From Corallochytrium limacisporum Hawaii (Eukaryota > Protista > Pluriformea), in assembly GCA_002811645.1 (NCBI GenBank), contig PDIP01000078.1, forward strand, positions 68,559 to 130,944: a stretch of 62,386 nucleotides of DNA, read 5' to 3'. Under the pieces are notes generated by a model that ran no database searches, had not been told where the DNA came from, and saw only the letters and a list, made by a program, of their open reading frames with translations. Below, piece after piece: positions 42,279-52,525 of this stretch. How positions within the stretch are numbered: position 1 is the first letter of the stretch; each line of letters opens with the position of its first letter. The translations under genes were made by a program, and so were the position numbers.

Positions 42279-43799
42279 ATGATCGTCTGTTTCGAGGTAG
42301 CAGTATCCAACCTCACAACGAAACAGTATGTGCATGGTTGGAGCCAGCCATTCAGTTCCGAAGTGTACATTGGTGGATATGACAGTAGATACGGTTCGGA
42401 TGCGAGCAAAGAACGACAGCCCTTAACGGACGTCAGCAAGAAAGGGTGCAATGAGTCTGCGGTGAAACGACGGAAGCGAGAGCCTCCGGCTCCGATCCGT
42501 ATCTTCCTTAGGAACCTTAACACAAGAAATGAGAAACAGTACGAGCTAGAGAGAAATATTGCCTCCATTAGATACATGCAAGAACGTAGGAGGTTAGCGA
42601 TAGAATTGCGAAAGCCGCCGACAGTGATCAGCTTTGTTGTGACCTCAGCGCCATCCTGTAGCAGTTCATCCAGCTTAGAGAAACTATACAAAATGATATG
42701 TCTCATTCAGAAGGCACCCCACGTCTTGCCGATGAACAAGCTGTCTGATTTCGGAGCGACGACAAGCCAACAGGCCAAGGACTTGAAGGAAGGCAGTCAA
42801 CATTCCACGGGATCGATGCAGAACAAGGCGATGAGAAAGAGCACAATACAGGTCGGCAACCAGGTGGAGCGGGACGAATTCTGTGAAGACACGGTTAAAA
42901 CCTTTGTGCGCATTGATAAAGGCCTGCAGCGTTTCCCCCTGTACTGTTTGGTCCCGTTACTTGAACATCTAGACCTCTCAGAGAACAATATCAAGGACAT
43001 CCCTCCAGCCATCGGTGACTTGGAACATTTGCGGATTTTGAAATTCCGCAAATGTGGTTTGCAAGATCTACCTGTACAGTTGCACCGTCTTTCATTAGTC
43101 AATTTGGACATCAGCGACAATCAATTCAAGAGATGGCCTAAAGTTTTGTGCGCCATTACCAGCCTCCGACTGCTTCATGTGCAGAAGAACAAAGGCATAA
43201 GCCTTATTGATCCCCGTATCTCCGAGCTCAAGTCCTTGCACACATTCAACATTGCGGAGTGCAGCATCACATTTGTCCCGGAGGAGTTAATGACTTTGAA
43301 GAACCTGAGGAATCTAAAATGCTACGGCAATCCACTCTACTTACCCCGGGACGACCACAAGTTTCAACAGGTACTGCTGGAGCGCAACAGGCGGGTGAAT
43401 CGAAGCCTTACTCCAATGGACTGGGCTGCACGATATACGATTGAAGAACTGTTGGGACAGAAGCCGGTGGCACCTTCACCTAGTACTCTACGCCAGATCG
43501 CTGCAAGACGCTGTTTAAAGATGCTGCAGGGCGTCGTGGACAAAGAACTTCACGCTCAGTTCGTGAATGACCTTCCGGTGGCTCTGAAGAAGTACATCTG
43601 TACCGCACGCCGGTGCGAACTGTGCTTGACGCAAGGCTTTTCTGCCGACGAACTACTACCAGTCGCTGCGTTTACGGCGCTTCCAAGTACTCTGTCAGAA
43701 TTGGAGAACGTCGTGGGTCTTGGCCGCACACTGCCTACTAGTGCGTACCGTCACCCTTGGTGCATCCACCGCAGACGGCGTAACAAGCCGCAGATGTAA
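42279..43799 (+). CDS. Leucine-rich repeat protein with C-terminal SOCS/BC-box-like and Cys/His motif (LRRC58/LRRC69-like architecture)
   Basis: About 6 LxxLxLxxNxL repeats ending in YGNPL, then PSTLRQIAARRC...LPVALKKYI...CELC...HPWC. Start codon uncertain. Confidence 0.85.
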   Translation: MIVCFEVAVSNLTTKQYVHGWSQPFSSEVYIGGYDSRYGSDASKERQPLTDVSKKGCNESAVKRRKREPPAPIRIFLRNLNTRNEKQYELERNIASIRYMQERRRLAIELRKPPTVISFVVTSAPSCSSSSSLEKLYKMICLIQKAPHVLPMNKLSDFGATTSQQAKDLKEGSQHSTGSMQNKAMRKSTIQVGNQVERDEFCEDTVKTFVRIDKGLQRFPLYCLVPLLEHLDLSENNIKDIPPAIGDLEHLRILKFRKCGLQDLPVQLHRLSLVNLDISDNQFKRWPKVLCAITSLRLLHVQKNKGISLIDPRISELKSLHTFNIAECSITFVPEELMTLKNLRNLKCYGNPLYLPRDDHKFQQVLLERNRRVNRSLTPMDWAARYTIEELLGQKPVAPSPSTLRQIAARRCLKMLQGVVDKELHAQFVNDLPVALKKYICTARRCELCLTQGFSADELLPVAAFTALPSTLSELENVVGLGRTLPTSAYRHPWCIHRRRRNKPQM

Positions 43800-43901
43800 T
43801 AATACAGACCCTTTTCCCATTCAGTAGTCCAGTAGAACGTAAGGTATCTTTCTTTAATTGCGAATGAATGTTGAGAAGAAGGGTTCGGCCTTGAAAGACC
43901 T

Positions 43902-44624
43902 TTAGATTTCGTCCTCGTCGTCAAATCCTAGCTCAGGGTAGTCTCCCACTTCCACATTTGCTGGCCGTACGAACGCTCCGTAGTTCTTGCCGCACTTGAA
44001 GTACATTTTACCGTCCTTGCTGCCATCATTCTTGCCCATGGGTTCGTCGTACTCAACACCGACCCAGAAACCGGGCTTGAAGTGGGTCTTGCCGACGAAA
44101 CGGATGGTGCCACGTCTGGCCATCTGTCCGTCCACGCGGACCTCACACCGGTCCCCAAGCTTCATTACCTGTGCTTCCTCAAAACCCTGCAGGTCTTCCT
44201 TTTTCTTTCGCTCTTCAATGGCTTCGGGGCTTTCCGAGTACTTACCAAGTTTGTTCGTGCGCATCCAATTGCGTACGCTGTCACTCTTCTGGTCGTACTC
44301 CTCGTCCGCCATCTCATACTTCTTTACACGACTGACGTCATCATACTCTCCTAGAGTACTAGCTGGATTTTCATCGATCACATGTAAGCGGTAGCCATTC
44401 TCAATGCCCGTGGATCCCAAACTAGCATCATCGTCTGTGAGCGCAGTGACGAGCTTATCGCTGGAGTCGAAGAGCTGGAGCCTCATTTGTCCAGGAGCCA
44501 CACCAGTCATGAGTTCCAAACGAGCTTTCAAGTCAGCAATGGCCATGGCTAGATCAAAGCGCTTTTGCGCCTGCATCTGTGACACATTGGTGGTCACAAA
44601 GATATCTACGTACCCACTCGTCAT
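43902..44624 (-). CDS. TBCB: Tubulin-folding cofactor B
   Basis: N-terminal ubiquitin-like domain, then a CAP-Gly domain with WVGVEYDEPMGKNDGS and an acidic DEI end. Confidence 0.97.
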   Translation of the reverse strand: MTSGYVDIFVTTNVSQMQAQKRFDLAMAIADLKARLELMTGVAPGQMRLQLFDSSDKLVTALTDDDASLGSTGIENGYRLHVIDENPASTLGEYDDVSRVKKYEMADEEYDQKSDSVRNWMRTNKLGKYSESPEAIEERKKKEDLQGFEEAQVMKLGDRCEVRVDGQMARRGTIRFVGKTHFKPGFWVGVEYDEPMGKNDGSKDGKMYFKCGKNYGAFVRPANVEVGDYPELGFDDEDEI

Positions 44625-47046
44625 TTCGGTTCGACGCTTGGATTTCGGTTTCAGTATGCTACAGGACCGTTTGGATAATTAGGTCGGACCACACTCACGA
44701 TCATTACATACCTTTGCTCGCTGTCAGTGTCATATGGAATGTAGCGGACGATAGTACAAGTTGCGACAAACCAATGTTTGCATAGAGAGTTCCAGGTAGT
44801 GCAGTCCTGCGGCGCTGGCGCTCCGAACCGTACGTACCGGCAGCGGCGTCCCCATGCTCGTAATCGCGCGCGACTAGAAGCCCGTCGGCTCCAGCCGTCC
44901 TCAGCAAAACTGGCTTTATTGCTTTTTTAATACTAAACCTTCCCCCCTTTTGAAAAAGTAATACCATTGGTAGTGGAGAAGGGCACGCCCGGTAACTGTC
45001 AAGAAGCCCCAGTAGACCCCACCGAAGCTGAAGCCGGGTGGGTCCCCTTTGGTGCGCTGGGCCAGTGTTTTCTTTCCGTCTCGGATCGGTCGGTTGGGGG
45101 GGGTTTCCGTAGGAATTTCCCCATAGCGAATGAAGCGGGGGTGTGGTGGGACTGAGGGAGAGAGTGGGCGAGATGTGAGCAAACAGCCTCGATCATCTCC
45201 ATGCAAACGGAACGGTATGGTAACATGCTAATGTAGCTGTAACGCATCCAATGGCTCCCTGTCCGTTGAGGGATGATGTCGACCATGACGGCCGGGAGTT
45301 GATGCGGTGTTAGCAAGGGAATCTTCTACATCACAATCGTCCGATGAGATACCAATGATCACATTGTATGCCGTCCATTATCTGATCCATGGACCCACCC
45401 CCCTCCCGCTCCGCAGAAACGGCGATATCCTGTGCCAGTGAAGACTGTGCCTTCCAACGATCCACTTGGGATCGGAGTAGGATCCGAGCATAAAGCATCT
45501 TCATGATAACCATTACCACTACTCACGTATTGCTACTTTACTCGTTTGCATGTACGCTCGATGGTGGCCACTACGAAAGGTTCATCTCCCAATACACCGG
45601 CCTTGGAGCCTGTGTGCCTTCCCTTCGCTGAGGAAGGGAGTTGCCCTTAAAAGACTCATGCGGCTCATTTCTCTATACTTAATCAACGGACGAATGGGCC
45701 ACAGTTGAATTTTAATCGCCGTTCATCTTCCTTTGCCTGTTGTATTTCAGGTTGTTTAGTGATGGGCGAAACTTCCTGGGCTCTTCAATGGGCGCCGTGT
45801 CCACTCTTTCGATTCTTTCTCTTTTTTCCCGTTTGGCTTCTCTCCCTGACCGTCGGCGGGTCTCCCTCTCTCTCTCTCTCTCTCGTCCGGTCGGTCACCC
45901 CTTCCTTCTTCTCGTCCCTGGGTTCCGCAGTTTCCTTCCGACCGACCGCGTGAGGAGCTGACGGCGAGGGGTCGGTGGTGGTGGTGGTGGTTTTGTGTGT
46001 GTGTGTTCTTCCTTGTCAATTTCTCCCTGCGGTGAGAAAAGAGAAAAGAGAAAAGAAAAAAAAACTTTTGGAAGAGACGAAATAAAAGAAAGTAAGGAAA
46101 AACCTAGGGCTCCCCTGGCCTTCAAAATCCCCCATTCACCCACGGTCCCTTTTGCTCGGGACGAGCAGCCAGCAGCGAACACCCAAAATGCCCGGGTTCT
46201 GCGTGTGATCAACCGTCGTTTCCTTGGTTGTTGGGGAGAGGGGGTGAGAGAGAGCGCCCCGGTGGGAGGGGTGGTGGTCGTGCTTGTTCCCCCCCCTTTT
46301 GGTGTCTGTCTCCTTCTCTCTCTCGCTCTTTTGTTGAAAAATAATGGCCACCGGCGCACAATTTGAGCGAAACTTCCCGGTTCGCTCCTGCTCAGTATTG
46401 GGCTCGAAAGTAGGGGGAGGGTGGGGATCGAGTGCTGGCAGTGCCGGGTCGGTTGAAAAGATTTCAGAGCAGCTGTCGATGCACACACACGCACACGCTG
46501 CTTCAGGGGCACACGCACCCCATTACAGCACCAGCGCCAGCGTTTTTCAGCAGAAAGCGCACACACCGGGGAAGAATGGAAACACGAACCCGGGGCTTCG
46601 GTTGTATTTGCTCACGATAGGTTTCGGCCGAATGCATGCATTTTTCCACCAACCGGGGCGCAAGCTAAAGGAGCGGGTGGGTGTCTCGAATGTTTCTGCG
46701 GGTTCTATGGGCCACATATTCCTGGTGGCCATTCTTGAATTGGGCGAGCTTCCCTTTGACTCACATGCGCACATGAACAGGGTCAAGCCTTTGGAAAAAC
46801 ATAGAACATGCGCACCCACCGTAGATTTGCTGTGTTTGGTCTACTGCATGGTATTTCAGGCACTGAGGGTGTTGACTACGTCGTGCTTTAACTACTGGAA
46901 ATACAGAGCATCTCTCGGGTTCGCCTTAAGGTTGGTACAGAGGCATTCCCGAGCAGTATCATACTGGGATCTGTCGTGAAATAGACCAATCCATACAAAT
47001 ACGTAGAAAGCATACATAGTAAGTTCTTTGACGAACCACGGTAAAC

Positions 47047-48915
47047 ATGAAATTTGGAAAAGAGCTGGAAAGGACCAAGGTTGACGGCTGGGAATGGTAC
47101 TACATTGACTATGCCGACCTCAAGCGGTTTCTGAAACACAAGATGGTGGAAGCACCGGGTGGCCAAACCTTCATGTATAAGGAGGCTGAATTTTATGACA
47201 TGCTTGTCCAGAATCTTGATCGTGTGTCATACTTCAGCTTCCTTAAGTACGATGAAATCCTGTCAGCGATCGCCAATATGGAAGAGACCATTGACAACAT
47301 CCTGACTGCAGAGCACGACGTGCGCGCTGCCCTGTTCCGTCGCCTTGAATCTCTAATTCCCGAGCTTGAGGACATCACAGAGGCCGTGAACAAGTTGGAT
47401 CGCTTCAACCGAACCAACTTTACTGGTTTCTATAAGATCCTTAAGAAGCATGACAAGCAGACCGGGGTTAGCCTGAGGTACGCTTTCCAGCAGGAAATGG
47501 ACAAGCGCCCTTTCTTCAAGTTCCGCTTTGATGATATGATCGCAGAAATTAGTAAACTGTACCAAAAGATCAAGGCGGGAGACGACGATGCGACCTGGGT
47601 GCCGGGTACATCCTTTGTGCGCAAGACCACCAAGTACTGGGTCCACGCCGACAACCTGACCAAGGTGAAACTCGCGATTATGAAGCATTTGCCAGTCTTG
47701 CGTTTTCAAGAAGACCCGGACACACCGTTTGAGCCCCACATTACCTCCATTTACTACGACAACGAGGATCTGGACCTCTACCACGGGCGCATGCGCAAAG
47801 ACGAGGGTGCAGAGGCCATCCGTCTACGTTGGTACGGTACCATGGCGAACCAAGTCTTCTTTGAACGCAAGACCCACCACGAGGACTGGACTGGCTACGA
47901 GTCTGTCAAGGAGCGCTTCATGGTTTCGGAGAAGCACGTCGATGAAGTTTGTGACGGAACCTACGGTCCGGATCGCGTGGCAAAGAAAGTGGCTAAGCGG
48001 AAGAAGAGCCAGAAGGAGGTCGATGCAACTTACCAGCTCGCCTACGAGACCCAACAGAGCATCATCAACAAGAAGCTCAAGCCTTGTGTGCGTACCTACT
48101 ACAAGCGGACTGCTTTCCAGTTGCCCACATCCAATACTGTACGTATCTCCCTGGACGAGGACCTGACTATGGTCGATGAGATGAACAAGACCGGTGGACG
48201 CTGGAGACGTGATGAAGTCGGTGTGGAGTGGCCGTTCTCCCACATTAATAGTGAAGACGTGATTCTGTTCCCCTACGCAGTCCTTGAGGTCAAGCTGTCT
48301 CTGCGCCAGGGCGAGGACCCACCCACCTGGATTGCGAACCTAATCGAATCTCCTTATGTCGAGTGCGTTCCCAAATTTTCCAAGTTCATGCACGGTTGCG
48401 CCACCCTGCACGAGTCAAAGTGCCAGATGTACCCCTATTGGCTGCCTCAGATGGACACGGACATTCGCAAGAGCCCCGAAGAGGTGGCAGAGTACGAGGA
48501 ACGGATCCGTGCGGATGCCAGCACGTCATCGCAGTACAGCCCGACGGAGGACGGCAGTATTGGTGAGCAGGAGCGCCTGAAGCCGAAGTTGATCTTCGCA
48601 AACGAGCGTACCTTCATGAAGTGGTTACACATGAGCCTGTTTGTGGCTACTGGCGGTCTTGTACTACTGGATGCCAAGCACGTCAAGTTCCAGAGCAATG
48701 CAAAATTAACTCGCATCACGGGCATTATTATGACCAGCATCGCGTGTATCTTTGTGCTGGCCGCCGGAGCTCTTTACCTACGCCGTCGGAAGCTCATTGC
48801 CCAAAAGTACGTCGGTTCATGGAACGAATACGTCATGACCGTGACCATGGCACTCGTCTTCCTGGCCGCCATGGCCGCTACTTTTGTGGTACGAATTGGT
48901 GAGCTAGTTAACTAG
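47047..48915 (+). CDS. VTC4: Vacuolar transporter chaperone polyphosphate polymerase (SPX-VTC-DUF202)
   Basis: MKFGK..YIDY..LK and FYKILKKHDK (SPX); FVRKTTKYWVH, AIRLRWYG, FERKTHHEDWTG, VPKFSKFMHG (VTC); FANERTFMKW plus three TM helices. Confidence 0.95.
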   Translation: MKFGKELERTKVDGWEWYYIDYADLKRFLKHKMVEAPGGQTFMYKEAEFYDMLVQNLDRVSYFSFLKYDEILSAIANMEETIDNILTAEHDVRAALFRRLESLIPELEDITEAVNKLDRFNRTNFTGFYKILKKHDKQTGVSLRYAFQQEMDKRPFFKFRFDDMIAEISKLYQKIKAGDDDATWVPGTSFVRKTTKYWVHADNLTKVKLAIMKHLPVLRFQEDPDTPFEPHITSIYYDNEDLDLYHGRMRKDEGAEAIRLRWYGTMANQVFFERKTHHEDWTGYESVKERFMVSEKHVDEVCDGTYGPDRVAKKVAKRKKSQKEVDATYQLAYETQQSIINKKLKPCVRTYYKRTAFQLPTSNTVRISLDEDLTMVDEMNKTGGRWRRDEVGVEWPFSHINSEDVILFPYAVLEVKLSLRQGEDPPTWIANLIESPYVECVPKFSKFMHGCATLHESKCQMYPYWLPQMDTDIRKSPEEVAEYEERIRADASTSSQYSPTEDGSIGEQERLKPKLIFANERTFMKWLHMSLFVATGGLVLLDAKHVKFQSNAKLTRITGIIMTSIACIFVLAAGALYLRRRKLIAQKYVGSWNEYVMTVTMALVFLAAMAATFVVRIGELVN

Positions 48916-49445
48916 ATTGTGTGATATCTTGCTTTACCAGCCCCGAAGAAACTTTTCACATCACCTACGGATGTCACGACCCATTCCATCAAATTTAACT
49001 CATACGAAGCGAAGACAAGCCCTACGTTTCCTCCTGTAAGTAATAGAACACATACGATACAAACACAAATACCACCAGTCTCCGGTAGTTCGCATGCCAA
49101 CGGAGTGTCGAATAGCTGTCCCTATACAGTGTGCTATTCCTAAGAGACCCAACCTCACCCAACGCGGTCGAAGGCACAGAAGAACCAAATTTCCCTGTCC
49201 TTGGCGGGTGGGTTGGCTTGGATCCGCATGGAATTAGAGTGAATTGGGGCCGGGGATGAGACCCACACAAGCGAAACGGGTTTCACCCATCGCACATTTG
49301 ACTCCACGGGCGTTGGTCATTGGCAGGTAGATCAATGAGTGTGTCGCAAACGCTGAAAAGGGGCAATTTCAGAGGAAACTGAGCAATTTCGTGAGTATCA
49401 GAATGAAATGTTCGATTCAAGCGATCGGAACAATGACAGCAGATA

Positions 49446-50783
49446 ATGAATCCTATTCGTAAGTGGTGCGTATCACCGCATATGAGAAGTTCGTATCGCA
49501 ATTTTTTTCAACTCCGTAGCATTAATAGATTTGGCAGCGCCACAAGAAATATGGCGGACTTTGTCGACGAATGGGAGGTCCAAACGGACCGTGGTGCTGA
49601 CCTCCGTCAAGTCGTTGCGACACAGCATCGCCTCTCCCCGGCAAAGTGGCACGCACAAGTCCGAAAGCTCGATCCGGAACTACTCGTTTGTTTCGATGTC
49701 CGTTCCCCGATTGAATTTAAGAAGAGTCACTATCCGCCTGCTGTGAATGTGCCACTCTTCACTGACTCGGAGAGAGCGGAGGTGGGAACGATCTTCAAGA
49801 CCCTGGGACGTCAACAGGCATTGCATCAGGGACTTGAGTTCGTCAGACCAAAGATGGAACAGTATCTGCACTGGGCAAAGGAGAATTCAGAGGATGGTAG
49901 GAAGCATATATACATGTACTGTGCTCGTGGTGGCATGCGATCAGGATCATTGGCATGGTACTTTAGCCAATGTGGTCTCAAAGTTACTCTTCTCGACGGT
50001 GGCTACAAAGCATATCGTGAACGTGTAAGGGCAGAGCTGCGGCAGGTATCGTTACCGCCATTCGTCATGCTTTCCGGGCCCACAGGCTGCGGTAAGTCCC
50101 TGGTTTTGCGGCATTTGCAGTTGAAGCGGGGACAACAGATGCTGGATCTTGAAGCGCTGGCAAACCATCGTGGATCGGTCTTTGGGTCCCTGTTCTTGGG
50201 ATCACAGCCGACACAGGCAATGTTTGAGAACGTCCTGCTTGAACAACTGCTCGACCTTGATGTGAACATACCAACGTGGTGTGAAGCTGAAGGTGGACGG
50301 ATTGGTATAATCTCCGTAGACAAGAATGTTCTTGAGCATATGACCACATCCCCCCTAATGTTCCGCCTCGAGATTGATCGCGAGGAACGCAAGAAGATCA
50401 TCATGGAAGAGTATGGACCTCCAAATGACAATCCTATGGATCAGGCATGGCAGGTCAGCATCTTACAATGCATCGATCAGATTAAGAAGCGGCTTGGCGG
50501 CAAGCTGCATAAAGAATTGACTGAGCAGATCAAGGCTGGTGACTGGGAGCAGACAGTCCTCGAGTTGCTAGACTACTACGATCGCACGTATCGGACGCTG
50601 AAGCCTGAGACTCTCGACCGACACGATCATGTCGAGACTCTGAAGTGGGAAGGTCCATTCGACGTCGATGCCATTTCTACAGAGTTTCTGAAACGATTGG
50701 AGCGGTTCCAGAAGGCACATGGATTTGGCAGACTGGATGAGGAGAACGATAACAAGTTTGCTCACGCGAAGGGCTCCTACTAG
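49446..50783 (+). CDS. selU: tRNA 2-selenouridine synthase (SelU/MnmH/YbbB), bacterial-type, with presequence-like N-terminal extension
   Basis: Rhodanese domain DVRSPIEF...NVPLFTDSERAEVGT...YCARGGMRS...GGYKAYR, followed by a P-loop domain GPTGCGKS, LDLEALANHRGSVFG, EAEGGRIG, IKKRLGG, YYDRTY. In-frame ATGs at 49446, 49482 and 49551. Confidence 0.93.
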   Translation: MNPIRKWCVSPHMRSSYRNFFQLRSINRFGSATRNMADFVDEWEVQTDRGADLRQVVATQHRLSPAKWHAQVRKLDPELLVCFDVRSPIEFKKSHYPPAVNVPLFTDSERAEVGTIFKTLGRQQALHQGLEFVRPKMEQYLHWAKENSEDGRKHIYMYCARGGMRSGSLAWYFSQCGLKVTLLDGGYKAYRERVRAELRQVSLPPFVMLSGPTGCGKSLVLRHLQLKRGQQMLDLEALANHRGSVFGSLFLGSQPTQAMFENVLLEQLLDLDVNIPTWCEAEGGRIGIISVDKNVLEHMTTSPLMFRLEIDREERKKIIMEEYGPPNDNPMDQAWQVSILQCIDQIKKRLGGKLHKELTEQIKAGDWEQTVLELLDYYDRTYRTLKPETLDRHDHVETLKWEGPFDVDAISTEFLKRLERFQKAHGFGRLDEENDNKFAHAKGSY

Positions 50784-50973
50784 CTTCAACACAAGTGTTA
50801 AAAGCTATGAAGAACCTAGAGCTAGTTAAATTAAGAACAATCGTATGTAACACTGCGTGTAAGCCTATATAGTAAAAGATTATGGATACAAGAGAATGAT
50901 GGAGATCATGAGCTGGAAGGTTTAGTTCGAGATAGGGTCCAAATATTGGGGAAACCTCGGTGCATGTTTGCAC

Positions 50974-51891
50974 TTAGTCCTCGTCCTCTTCGCTGCTCTC
51001 GTCATCATCTCCGGGCACCTCCTGGTTCGCAAGCTCAAGGTCTTCCATCATACGTTCCAAAGCCTTGTCCTCAGCGGCAGAGATAGCGCGAGGAGGCTCA
51101 TGCACACTCATAAAGCCACCGCTGGCCTCGATATTCTTCTTTACCACATCGATACACTTTTGTAGAGCAGTAATGCCCATATCCTTGTCCATGGACGTGG
51201 TGGACAGTACGTAGATAGGAGGGGCCCACAGGTTGATCTTGATTGGTAGCTCCTCAGTACTAATAGCCTGACCAGCCTTCAAGGCCGCCTTAATGGCATC
51301 GATACCTTCCTCGTTGTAGCAACTGAGCTGGATATCAGCACGAATCTTGGCAGCCTGGGGGGCCAACCGCCGCTGGACATCCTTGAGCAGGAGTTGTTTA
51401 GTGTTGTCGTCAATGTCAAGCTGGGTCATGATCTCATCTGGGTTGGTGATCATCACCTTGAAGGCATCGTAGGCACTAGGGTAGGACTTCTCGAGCTTCC
51501 AAGCGGTCTTCTCATACAGCTCCTCCAAGGATGCTCCGTTTTGTGCAGAAACGTGGCTCAAAATGCTGTGCACAGCCTTGGCCTTTTGGTAGCGGTCCTC
51601 GCACTCCTTGACATCTTCCCGGTTCACACGGCGCTTACTCAGATCAATGTATCCCTTCTCCTTATCCACACGCAAAACCATGACACACTCTGTGCGGCCA
51701 ACACGAATCAACTTGTTGATAGAACGGATGCGACGCCGACTCAGTTCGGACAACAAGATCATACCCTCCATCTTGTTATATTCAAGCAATTGTACGTAGG
51801 CACCCATTTCAGCAATCTTCACCACACTGACCATTACGACATCGTCAATGTCGGGAAATTTCTTGCTGTAAAACCGACACTCGTTGCTCAT
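50974..51891 (-). CDS. EIF2S1: Eukaryotic translation initiation factor 2 subunit alpha
   Basis: CRFY..KFP, MILLSELSRRRIRSINKLIRVGR (regulatory Ser51 loop), KGYIDLSKRRV. Confidence 0.99.
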   Translation of the reverse strand: MSNECRFYSKKFPDIDDVVMVSVVKIAEMGAYVQLLEYNKMEGMILLSELSRRRIRSINKLIRVGRTECVMVLRVDKEKGYIDLSKRRVNREDVKECEDRYQKAKAVHSILSHVSAQNGASLEELYEKTAWKLEKSYPSAYDAFKVMITNPDEIMTQLDIDDNTKQLLLKDVQRRLAPQAAKIRADIQLSCYNEEGIDAIKAALKAGQAISTEELPIKINLWAPPIYVLSTTSMDKDMGITALQKCIDVVKKNIEASGGFMSVHEPPRAISAAEDKALERMMEDLELANQEVPGDDDESSEEDED

Positions 51892-52525
51892 TGTTGTGGT
51901 TTGTGTGTATGACTCTTGTGTTGACTATTTCGGCTATTTTTAATTCTCCTTAAGAATTGCAAATGAACTCTCAGGCTAGCTTCTATTTGAACGTTTACGC
52001 ACCCTAAGTCACTGTGTCAATGTTGTTCACGTCAACTGTACAGATATACACGTATAGTTGTGAAGATCAAATAACTGATTCAGTAGTCTCGGAGCATCCA
52101 AGATAGATTGCAGCATTTAATAACGGCCCACACCGTTACACAACCTGGACAGGGCACACAGCTACGCATTTTATCGTCAATGCAAAGCCCTAGCCTATCA
52201 AAGGTGTAAACGGAGCCCGGCCAGTCTCTGTGTTTGCCCTTGATTTGAATTCCGAGTCACTCCTTTGTTCTTCTCTTTTCAGTGTGCCCTAGTAGTCGCG
52301 AATCTCTGGCATTTCTAATTTTTGGCCCTTTTCCATGTAGCGAGTTCAACACGTGGGGAGAACTGCGTTCCAGAGCGGGAATTGATTCATCCTTCCCACA
52401 GATGCTAAATACACCAAATACCTGAAGAGAGGGCTCTGATTAAAATGACGAGCTACGGCTATATATTATGTACTACATACACAGAAAAAAGAGAAATCAT
52501 AAAATCCAATCACATGCGGGATTCC

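Noticed and set aside
45271-45388. Possible C/D-box snoRNA (GGATGATGT...CTGATCC)
   Set aside because: Box C is imperfect, the terminal stem is only 3 bp, and I could not recognise an rRNA-complementary guide; would need snoscan or Infernal.
45895-46979. 223 aa and 211 aa ORFs upstream of VTC4
   Set aside because: Low-complexity derived, overlapping on both strands, no recognisable motifs.
49446-50783. SelU as bacterial contamination
   Set aside because: Contiguous, with no gaps, with eukaryote-specific VTC4 and eIF2-alpha; no neighbouring selD or operon; spacing like other genes here. Read-level confirmation is still advisable.
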